Positions 1-6,583 of a stretch of DNA of 14,230 nucleotides are shown one piece after another; the stretch's first letter is position 1, and the number at the start of each line of letters is the position of its first letter. The DNA lies in the NCBI GenBank assembly GCA_028717045.1, contig JAQUON010000027.1, forward strand, positions 1 through 14,230. The letters are read 5' to 3'. The notes under the pieces were generated by a model. That model was not told the origin of the DNA and ran no database searches. It worked only from the letters and a program-made list of their open reading frames with translations. Both the position numbers and the translations under genes were made by a program. The DNA is from Candidatus Omnitrophota bacterium. GTDB taxonomy: Bacteria > Omnitrophota > Gorgyraeia > Gygaellales > Profunditerraquicolaceae.

Positions 1-318
1 TCGCCTTTTTCGGGCAGGATTACGCTTGAGGTGAGGCCCGAAGATACGCCCGAAGGTATCTGTACTTCGTCGGGGACAGTAGGCCATTCGCTGAGTTTCG
101 GCTGCGCTGATAGCGTTGCCATTGTCTCCAGGAACGCTGCATTAGCTGACGCGGTTGCTACGGCGTGCGCAAACCTTGTAAGCGGTACGCAGGATTTGGC
201 CAAGGCCGTTGCCTTTGCGCGTTCGGTTGGCGGCATCAAGGGGGTAGTGATAATAGTTGAGGGCAGCCTTGTCAGCTGGGGCAGCATCGTATTCTCGGTA
301 AAAAGGCCGGAAAAATAA
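1..318 (+). CDS. C-terminal fragment of a UPF0280 / ApbE-like family protein (5' end lies outside the window)
   Basis: Frame 1 is open from base 1 to TAA at 316-318, and the GTG at 31 in the ORF track is probably internal. The segment TSSGTVGHSLSFGCADSVAIVSRNAALADAVATA resembles the conserved C-terminal block of UPF0280 proteins as I remember them. The family assignment is from memory only. Confidence 0.5.
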   Translation, partial: SPFSGRITLEVRPEDTPEGICTSSGTVGHSLSFGCADSVAIVSRNAALADAVATACANLVSGTQDLAKAVAFARSVGGIKGVVIIVEGSLVSWGSIVFSVKRPEK

Positions 319-419
319 TAATTTTCAAGAACCGCCGACAGCACCGCAATTTTTTTTAAAAAAATTATTTTCTCGACGGGAAGAACGCCATTTTTACCGT
401 AAATTATTATAAAAAAATC

Positions 420-448
420 TTGACAATGCATAGTATATACAGTATGAT
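420..448 (+). promoter_or_regulatory. sigma70-type promoter of the ATP-grasp/KamA operon
   Basis: TTGACA (420-425), an exact 17-nt spacer, then TATGAT (443-448). An A/T-rich UP-element-like tract lies at 401-417. The predicted TSS is near 455, about 100 nt upstream of the ATG at 554. Confidence 0.55.
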
Positions 449-511
449 ACAGATAATAAAAATAGAGGATGGAGGTTGAAAACTTAAATTGAAAAAATAG
501 GAAGTACTTAC

Positions 512-545
512 AGGGCTCTTGATTTTAGAAGGAGCCTATTTTTTT
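512..545 (+). terminator. Intrinsic-terminator-like hairpin inside the 5' leader (candidate attenuator)
   Basis: AGGGCTCTT (512-520) pairs with AAGGAGCCT (529-537), giving about 8 bp with one bulge or wobble and an 8-9 nt loop. An A then T7 follows (538-545). The right arm holds the only SD-like AAGGAG in the leader, 19 nt before the ATG and too far to serve as its RBS. Confidence 0.4.
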
Positions 546-553
546 AAATCCTC

Positions 554-1546
554 ATGAAAACCATAGGCTTAACGTACGATTTAAAGACAGATTATAAGTT
601 CAAAGACGACGACCCGCCCGATGCAGCCGCGGAATTCGACCATCCCTCTACCATTGACGTAATCGCCGACGCAATAGAATCCCAGGGTTTTAAGGTAAAA
701 CGCATTGGAAATGTTGAGAGCCTTTTGGAAAAGGTAGATACCCTTAACGTGGATATGGTATTTAATATCTCTGAAGGGATCTCCGGGCGGAACCGCGAAT
801 CCCAGGTCCCGATGCTGCTTGAGATGCGCAATATCCCTTTTGTGGGCGCAGATGCGCTTACGTTGGGAGTAACCCTCGATAAAATTATGGCGAAAAAAAT
901 CTTTATCGCCGAAGGGATACCCACGCCTAAATTTTTCGAGGTCAAGAACATCGCGGAAAACCATTTGCACATCGACCATCTTAAATTCCCTTTGATCGTA
1001 AAGCCGCGCTTTGAAGGTTCTTCAAAGGGCTTAAGCGAATCCTCCCGGGTCGAAAGCATAGACGAACTTAAGAAACAGGCCGAGTACATCATCTCTTTCT
1101 ATAAACAACCCGCGCTCGTAGAAGAATTTATCCGCGGGGAGGAACTGACGGTCGCTCTTATAGGCAACGACCCGCCTGAAGTATTGCCGCCGGTCCACAT
1201 CAAGATTGACGGCAGATATAAACTGCACGATAAATTTTATACCTTTGAGCGCATTACTTCAGACAGGCTGGAATATGTCTGCCCGGCGCGCATCAGCCAG
1301 GAGCTGAAAAAGGAACTCTCCGAGCTGGCCCTGAAAGTATATGACACGGTTGAATGCAAGGATTTCGGGCGGGTGGATTTCAGGGTTGACGAAAACGGCA
1401 AGCCCTATGCCCTCGAAATCAACCCTTTGCCTTCCTTGTCCACCGAAGACGTATTTATGGTGGTGGCAAAGGCGATAGGCATTACCTACGAAGAGATAAT
1501 CGGCCGGATATTGCGTAGCGCCTTTAAAAGGTATAACCTCAATTAA
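554..1546 (+). CDS. ATP-grasp amide ligase, D-alanine--D-alanine ligase-like family (paralogue A)
   Basis: 330 aa. ATP-grasp motifs are present: PLIVKPRFEGSSKG (ATP lysine plus Gly-rich loop), ALVEEFIRGEELTV (hinge), GRVDFRV...ALEINPLPS (Mg/ATP Asp...Glu-x-Asn). The N-terminus MKTIGLTYDLK...AEFD..TID lacks the GGxSxEHEVS motif of true Ddl. Confidence 0.85.
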   Translation: MKTIGLTYDLKTDYKFKDDDPPDAAAEFDHPSTIDVIADAIESQGFKVKRIGNVESLLEKVDTLNVDMVFNISEGISGRNRESQVPMLLEMRNIPFVGADALTLGVTLDKIMAKKIFIAEGIPTPKFFEVKNIAENHLHIDHLKFPLIVKPRFEGSSKGLSESSRVESIDELKKQAEYIISFYKQPALVEEFIRGEELTVALIGNDPPEVLPPVHIKIDGRYKLHDKFYTFERITSDRLEYVCPARISQELKKELSELALKVYDTVECKDFGRVDFRVDENGKPYALEINPLPSLSTEDVFMVVAKAIGITYEEIIGRILRSAFKRYNLN

Positions 1547-2542
1547 ATGAAAGTAGCGCTTACTTACAACCTGAAAAAGGAAGACGAAAGCAAGCCTGCG
1601 GATTATTTTTCCGAATTTGATTCCGAAGAGACGATCCAGGCTATCGCGTCTGCACTTTCCACAAAGGGCCACTCGGTAATTTCAATTGACGCTGCGCAAC
1701 GTGACATATTTACCTGCCTCAAGCGCCATGCACCCGATATGGTATTCAATATCGCCGAAGGAGCTTCCAATAGGCTGCGTGAATCAGAAATTCCGGCGAT
1801 ACTCGATTTTTTAAAAATTCCCTATACCGGCTCAAACACAGTCGCCTTGGCCCTGGCGCTTAACAAAGGCATCACCAAAAAAATCCTCAGGGCGGACAAT
1901 ATTCCTACTCCGCCTTTTCAGATTTTCATAAAAGGCAACGAGCCGCTTAATCCGGCGTTGCGTTTCCCCCTCATTGTGAAGCCCAACCGGGAAGGTTCCG
2001 CAAAGGGTATCAGCGTCAGCAACGTCGTGAAGACACCTGAAGCCCTGTATGCCAAAATCAAAGAGATTATTGCGCTCTATAAGCATGAAGCGCTGGTTGA
2101 GGAGTTTATTGATGGCAGGGAGCTGACCGTTGGTATCTTAGAAAACGGCAAAACCACGGTGCTGCCTATCCTTGAGATCGATTTCTCTACGTGCCTGAAG
2201 AGCGGTGAATATTTTTATTCATGGCGGATGAAAGAGTACCAGGGCGATGCGGAGATGGGTCTTACTCCCACTTTTCACTGCCCGGCAAACCTCGACAAGG
2301 AGATAGAGCAAAAGATAAAAGACGTTGCTTTAAGGACCCACCGCGCTGTTGGGTGCCAGGATATATCACGTACGGATATCCGCTTAAGCAAAGAGAATAT
2401 TCCCTACGTGCTTGAGATAAACCCCCTGCCCGGCCTTAACCCAAAAGAGTCAAATTTTCCTTTGATGGCGTATGCGGCAGGCATGAAATACGAGGATCTT
2501 ATAGAGGCGATATTGTTAAGCGCCTCGGAAAGGAAGGGTTGA
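1547..2542 (+). CDS. ATP-grasp amide ligase, D-alanine--D-alanine ligase-like family (paralogue B)
   Basis: 331 aa. Its ATG directly abuts the TAA of paralogue A (TAAATG at 1544-1549). It has the same motif set: PLIVKPNREGSAKG, ALVEEFIDGRELTV, SRTDIRL...VLEINPLPG. It aligns with paralogue A over its full length at an estimated one-third to 40% identity by eye. Confidence 0.85.
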   Translation: MKVALTYNLKKEDESKPADYFSEFDSEETIQAIASALSTKGHSVISIDAAQRDIFTCLKRHAPDMVFNIAEGASNRLRESEIPAILDFLKIPYTGSNTVALALALNKGITKKILRADNIPTPPFQIFIKGNEPLNPALRFPLIVKPNREGSAKGISVSNVVKTPEALYAKIKEIIALYKHEALVEEFIDGRELTVGILENGKTTVLPILEIDFSTCLKSGEYFYSWRMKEYQGDAEMGLTPTFHCPANLDKEIEQKIKDVALRTHRAVGCQDISRTDIRLSKENIPYVLEINPLPGLNPKESNFPLMAYAAGMKYEDLIEAILLSASERKG

Positions 2543-2543
2543 A

Positions 2544-3743
2544 TTGAGCAATAGTCTGCACAGTAATCCGCTGGCTTCCGAGCATCAGAAAACAATACAG
2601 GAATCCGCAGTAACCACCCGTCCTTCGCGCAGGCCGCTCGATTATCAACAGATAAGCCTTTTTAAGGACGTCAATCCCCTGGATTGGGAAGATTGGCATT
2701 GGCAGCTGAAAAATCGCATTTGTAAACTTGAGCAGGTTTCCCAGATAATAAAACTTACACCGCAGGAGGAGCAAGGAATAAAAAATGCCAAAGGCAGGAT
2801 GGCTATGTCGGTAACACCTTACTGGGCTACCCTGGCTGACCCAGACGACCCTACCTGCCCTATCAGGCGCCAGTGTATCCCCACTTCCCATGAGTTCAAG
2901 ATCAGCCCCCACGAAATGGTTGATCCTTGCGGGGAAGATAATAATTCTCCTGCCCCGCACCTGGTGCACCGTTATCCCGACCGCATACTCCTGCTTGCAA
3001 CCGAATCGTGCGCTATGTATTGCCGGCATTGTACGAGGCGCAGGCTTGTAGGCCACGTGCAGGAATCGGAGAACTACTCGAATAAATGGGATGCGGCGCT
3101 TGAATATTTACGCTCCAACAAAAAGATCCGCGACGTGCTCATTTCCGGAGGGGACCCTCTTCTCCTTGAGGACGGAGTTCTGGATGAGTTGCTCAAAAAG
3201 GTGCGAAGTATTCCCCACATAGAATTTTTGCGCATCGGCACCCGTATCCCGGTGACACTTCCTCAGCGCATTACCGACAATCTCATTGCGACCCTGAAGA
3301 AATATGCCCCGCTGTGGATTAGCATACATTTTAATCACCCGAAAGAAATAACCAAGCGTACCAAAAATGCATGCGGGTTACTTGCTGACGCGGGATTCCC
3401 CCTCGGCAGCCAGACGGTACTGCTCTCAGGGATAAACGACAGGCCCTATATTATGCGCAGGCTTATGCAGGAGCTTTTGAAAATAAGGGTGAGGCCCTAT
3501 TACATATACCAGTGTGACCTGGTACGGGGCACACAACATTTCAGGACCCCGGTGAGCGTAGGCATTAATATCATAGAGAAGCTCAGAGGGCATACCTCCG
3601 GCTATGCGGTTCCGGTATATGTGATTGATGCCCCTGGCGGCGGCGGCAAGATACCCATCGGACCTAACTATATTCTTTCGCAGGCAAAAGGCAAATACGT
3701 CATCCGAAACTATAAGAATAAAGTCTATACCTACCTAGAGTAG
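2544..3743 (+). CDS. kamA: Lysine 2,3-aminomutase (KamA family, radical SAM / PLP)
   Basis: 399 aa, with a TTG start one nt after the upstream TGA and a GGAAAGGAAGGG SD at 2527-2538. The radical SAM motif CAMYCRHC lies at 3009-3032. It aligns near-collinearly with my recollection of Clostridium subterminale LAM (DWxDWxWQ, HRYPDR, SGGDPLL, HFNHPxEIT, RVRPYYIYQCDL, GHTSGY, DAPGGGGK). Both Asp residues that bind the lysine epsilon-amine are present (QCDL at 3516-3518, IDAPG), as is the PLP lysine (3648-3650). Confidence 0.9.
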   Translation: MSNSLHSNPLASEHQKTIQESAVTTRPSRRPLDYQQISLFKDVNPLDWEDWHWQLKNRICKLEQVSQIIKLTPQEEQGIKNAKGRMAMSVTPYWATLADPDDPTCPIRRQCIPTSHEFKISPHEMVDPCGEDNNSPAPHLVHRYPDRILLLATESCAMYCRHCTRRRLVGHVQESENYSNKWDAALEYLRSNKKIRDVLISGGDPLLLEDGVLDELLKKVRSIPHIEFLRIGTRIPVTLPQRITDNLIATLKKYAPLWISIHFNHPKEITKRTKNACGLLADAGFPLGSQTVLLSGINDRPYIMRRLMQELLKIRVRPYYIYQCDLVRGTQHFRTPVSVGINIIEKLRGHTSGYAVPVYVIDAPGGGGKIPIGPNYILSQAKGKYVIRNYKNKVYTYLE

Positions 3744-3784
3744 CAGCCTTCCTTTTTTAAAAGAACGGGACAAGCTCATTTTAC

Positions 3785-3813
3785 TTGACCCGTTTTTTCA
3801 AGTAGTATATAAT
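3785..3813 (+). promoter_or_regulatory. sigma70-type promoter upstream of the EF-G-2 gene
   Basis: TTGACC (3785-3790), an exact 17-nt spacer, then consensus TATAAT (3808-3813). AAGGAG SD at 3844-3849, ATG at 3860. Confidence 0.6.
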
Positions 3814-3859
3814 AATACTCCCTTGTTTTTATCCTTAACACATAAGGAGATTATTGCCT

Positions 3860-5815
3860 ATGAGTGCCAATAACAAAAGAAGCATCATCCTCCTAGGGCA
3901 TGCCCAATCCGGTAAAACCTCCCTTTCAGAAGCGCTGCTGCATGCCTGTAAGGCCACCACCCGCAAAGGAGCGGTTGCTGATGGCACGACAGTCAGCGAC
4001 TACAGCCCCGACGAAATAGAAAGAAAAAGCTCCATTAATTCAGGCCTCTTGTACTGTGATTATAAAGAAAGCAGAATTCAGATTATCGATGCACCCGGCT
4101 ACGCGGATTTCTTCGGTGAGGTTATTTCGGGCGTAAGGGCGGTAGACGCTGCGCTGCTGGTCGTTGATGTGACGGCTGGCGTTGAGGTCGGTACCGAACG
4201 GGCCTGGCAGATGCTTGAGCAGGCTAATTTACCCGGTTGCATATTTATAAATAAAATAGACAAAGAAGGGGTAAACCTTAACAAGGTTATCGCAGAAATC
4301 AGGGAACGGCTTTCCAAGGGGGCGGTTTGTGTAGATTCGTTTGAATCCGCAGAGCTCGTTGAAACTATTGCCGAGAGCGACGACAAGCTTCTTGAGAAAT
4401 ACCTTGAAGGCACAAAACTCTCTCAGGAAGAATTGATAAAGGGGCTAAAAGAGGCGGTGATAAAGCGTAAAATATTCCCCGTCCTTGCCGGTTCTGCCTT
4501 GGCCGATAAGGGGATATCTGAATTATTGGAAGTAATATCCCGTCATATGCCCAGTCCCCTTGAAAGGCCGGCCATAGACGCAAAGAACCCCTCCGCACCC
4601 GATGAGAAAAAAGAGGTGGTTGCGCAGGAGGGGGGGCCTTTAAAAGCCTTTGTCTTTAAGTCCATTTCCGATCCTTATGTAGGGCAACTAACGCTTCTGC
4701 GCGTATTTGCCGGCACCCTGGTAGCGAACACCGGGTTCTATAACGTCAATAAAAAGACCAAGGAAAGGATAGGCCCGATTTACATCCTGCAGGGTAAGGA
4801 GCAGCGCTCGGTTGAATCAGCAGCGTGCGGCGATATAGTGGCGATAGCAAAGCTTAAAGAAACCAGCACATCTGATTCGCTATGCGAAGAGAAGGACCAG
4901 GTATTGTTTGAACCCATTGTATTCCCGGAGCCGGTCATTTCGGCTTCAGTGAAACCTAAATCGCGCCACGACGAAGATAAAATCTCTGGCGCCTTAAGTA
5001 AGCTCGCCGCGGAAGACCCGACCTTTAAGATAAGCCACGACCCGCAAACAAAAGAATTAATTATCTCCGGGCTCGGAGATCTACATCTTACGATTATGGT
5101 CGAGAGGATGAAAAAGCGGTTCAACGTCGAAGTTGATTTAGGGACCCCTAAAGTTTCCTATAAAGAGACGATTACCAAGAGCGCTAAAGTCCAGGGGAAA
5201 TTTAAGCGCCAGTCAGGCGGCCGCGGCCAGTACGGAGATGTGTGGATTGAGATCAACCCGCTTGAGCGCGGCAAAGGGTTTGAGTTTGTGGATAAGATTT
5301 TCGGCGGTGCAATTCCCCGCAATTACATCCCTTCCGTGGAAAAGGGGGTTTCACAGGCATGCCTGGAAGGCGCAGTAGCCGGTTATCCGATAGAAGACAT
5401 CCGCGTGACGCTCGTTGACGGCTCCTACCACGAGGTTGACTCATCCGACATGGCGTTCCAGATTGCCGGGGCAATGGCTTTAAGAAAAGCTATACTGGAA
5501 GCAGGGCCGGTACTTCTTGAGCCTATTATGGACGTAGACATTACCATACCGGAAGATTATCTCGGCGCGATTTCCGGAGACGTTAACTCCCGTCGCGGCC
5601 GGATCATGGGTATGGATATAAAAGGCAAATTGCAGGTGGTGAAAGCCCAGGTTCCCCAGTCAGAGATGTTTACGTACGCAAACGACCTGCGCTCGCTTAC
5701 CGGCGGCAGGGGCTCATACAGCATGCGCTTTTCTCATTATGAAGAAGTTCCGCATAAAATAGCCTCGACCATTATAAACAAGTACCAAGAAAGCAAGAAA
5801 CAGGAAGAACAGTAA
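3860..5815 (+). CDS. Elongation factor G paralogue, EF-G-2 (EFG-II) type
   Basis: About 651 aa from the ATG at 3860. The ORF-track TTG at 3854 sits only 4 nt after the SD, so the ATG is preferred. G1 is GHAQSGKTS (3896-3919), G3 is DAPGY (4088-4102) and G4 is NKID (4250-4261). Domains II-V are recognisable (GGRGQYGDVW, GSYHEVDSSDMAFQIA, LLEPIM, RRGRIMGM). It closely resembles my recollection of Thermus thermophilus EF-G-2, including its shorter length and the DAPGY motif. Confidence 0.85.
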   Translation: MSANNKRSIILLGHAQSGKTSLSEALLHACKATTRKGAVADGTTVSDYSPDEIERKSSINSGLLYCDYKESRIQIIDAPGYADFFGEVISGVRAVDAALLVVDVTAGVEVGTERAWQMLEQANLPGCIFINKIDKEGVNLNKVIAEIRERLSKGAVCVDSFESAELVETIAESDDKLLEKYLEGTKLSQEELIKGLKEAVIKRKIFPVLAGSALADKGISELLEVISRHMPSPLERPAIDAKNPSAPDEKKEVVAQEGGPLKAFVFKSISDPYVGQLTLLRVFAGTLVANTGFYNVNKKTKERIGPIYILQGKEQRSVESAACGDIVAIAKLKETSTSDSLCEEKDQVLFEPIVFPEPVISASVKPKSRHDEDKISGALSKLAAEDPTFKISHDPQTKELIISGLGDLHLTIMVERMKKRFNVEVDLGTPKVSYKETITKSAKVQGKFKRQSGGRGQYGDVWIEINPLERGKGFEFVDKIFGGAIPRNYIPSVEKGVSQACLEGAVAGYPIEDIRVTLVDGSYHEVDSSDMAFQIAGAMALRKAILEAGPVLLEPIMDVDITIPEDYLGAISGDVNSRRGRIMGMDIKGKLQVVKAQVPQSEMFTYANDLRSLTGGRGSYSMRFSHYEEVPHKIASTIINKYQESKKQEEQ

Positions 5816-5859
5816 CGTTATGCAGCTCTTCCTTATTTCTTGAAAACCAGGGCCTTGCC

Positions 5860-6561
5860 ATGAAAATCGGAATTGTCTCAATTTCAGATATCCCTGAGGG
5901 CACGCGCGCGATTAAAGATGAGCGCCTCGATGCGGTGCATGCACTCACCAAGTCGAAGAAAAAGACCTATTGCTCGGTCGAAATAGTCACGGAGGCTGCA
6001 CTTTTAGAGGCAGACGTACTTTTAGTGCACAAGGATTCCCTCGCCGACCTTATTTTAAAAGACCTGGAGTTTGTGGAGAACAGATTATCCCGCGCCTCGG
6101 ATGAGCCAGAAAAAGCAATACTGGGAAAATTGAAGGCCGTACTTGAGAGCGAACATTGTGTCTTCGCAAGCGTGGTAAGCGACGAAGAGAAGCGCTTGCT
6201 TTGCGGATACGGGCTCCTGACTAACAGGCCAATAACCCTCTTTATGCCGCAAGAACAGCCTGATTATAACGCAGCCCTCTTTGGGGCGCTGCACGAAGGG
6301 GGCTTCATCAATTTCCTGACTACAGGAGAAAAGGAATCACGCTCGTGGCTGATTAAAAAAGGCGCGACCGCCTGGGAAGCCGCAGGGGTAATTCATTCGG
6401 ATATCCAGAAAGGTTTTATCCGTGCCGAGATTATCAGTTACGATGATTTTATCCGCTCGGGCGGGGAAACACAAGCCAAGCAGGCAGGCAAATTGCGCCT
6501 GGAGCAGAAAGAGTATGTTATGCAGGACGCGGATTTAGCAAATTTCCGCTTTAACAAATAA
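5860..6561 (+). CDS. YchF/Ola1-like protein lacking NTPase motifs (DUF933/TGS C-terminal domain retained)
   Basis: 233 aa. The C-terminal ~85 aa (FLTTGEKESRSWLIKKGATAWEAAGVIHSDIQKGFIRAEIISYDDFI...GKLRLEQKEYVMQDADLANFRFN) match the YchF C-terminal domain almost motif for motif. The N-terminus MKIGIVSISDIPEGT keeps the first beta-strand but replaces the GxPNVGKST P-loop. No DxxG or NxxE is recognisable, and the protein is about 130 aa shorter than YchF. Confidence 0.75.
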   Translation: MKIGIVSISDIPEGTRAIKDERLDAVHALTKSKKKTYCSVEIVTEAALLEADVLLVHKDSLADLILKDLEFVENRLSRASDEPEKAILGKLKAVLESEHCVFASVVSDEEKRLLCGYGLLTNRPITLFMPQEQPDYNAALFGALHEGGFINFLTTGEKESRSWLIKKGATAWEAAGVIHSDIQKGFIRAEIISYDDFIRSGGETQAKQAGKLRLEQKEYVMQDADLANFRFNK

Positions 6562-6583
6562 GAAACAGCGGGGAGTTAGAAGA

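Noticed and set aside
348-366. Near-perfect A/T palindrome AATTTTTTTTAAAAAAATT downstream of the UPF0280-like gene
   Set aside because: It has no GC stem, so it is not a terminator hairpin. It is most simply A/T-rich curved DNA or an upstream promoter-context tract. Nothing else in the window repeats it.
449-553. Lysine (L-box) riboswitch, T-box or leader-peptide attenuation in the operon leader
   Set aside because: The ~100-nt leader is much shorter than L-box or T-box elements, and I see none of their conserved cores. The only mini-ORFs are ATG 445 (inside the -10 box) and ATG 469-492 (MEVENLN), which are not lysine-rich and have no usable SD. I report the leader only as an unclassified attenuator candidate.
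554-2542. Reading the two ATP-grasp genes as ordinary peptidoglycan D-Ala-D-Ala ligases (ddl)
   Set aside because: They lack the Ddl N-terminal GGxSxEHxVS motif, occur as a diverged tandem pair fused in one operon to kamA, and have no mur/ftsQ/ftsA neighbours. Ddl-like fold, yes. A Ddl function is not supported.
2544-3743. Calling the KamA-family gene epmB (the EF-P beta-lysylation enzyme)
   Set aside because: No epmA or efp is in the window. The protein aligns end to end with catabolic/osmolyte LAM blocks, with high similarity by eye. The EpmB possibility is kept only as a low-confidence alternative in the findings.
3764-3798. Possible terminator after kamA (AACGGG ... CCCGTT followed by a T-run)
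   Set aside because: It has only a 6-bp stem with a 19-nt loop, and it overlaps the -35 box of the next promoter. That is too weak to call an intrinsic terminator from sequence alone.
3854-3859. TTG start for the EF-G-2 gene as given in the ORF track
   Set aside because: The AAGGAG SD at 3844-3849 is only 4 nt from the TTG but 10 nt from the ATG at 3860, and homologues start close to the G1 motif.
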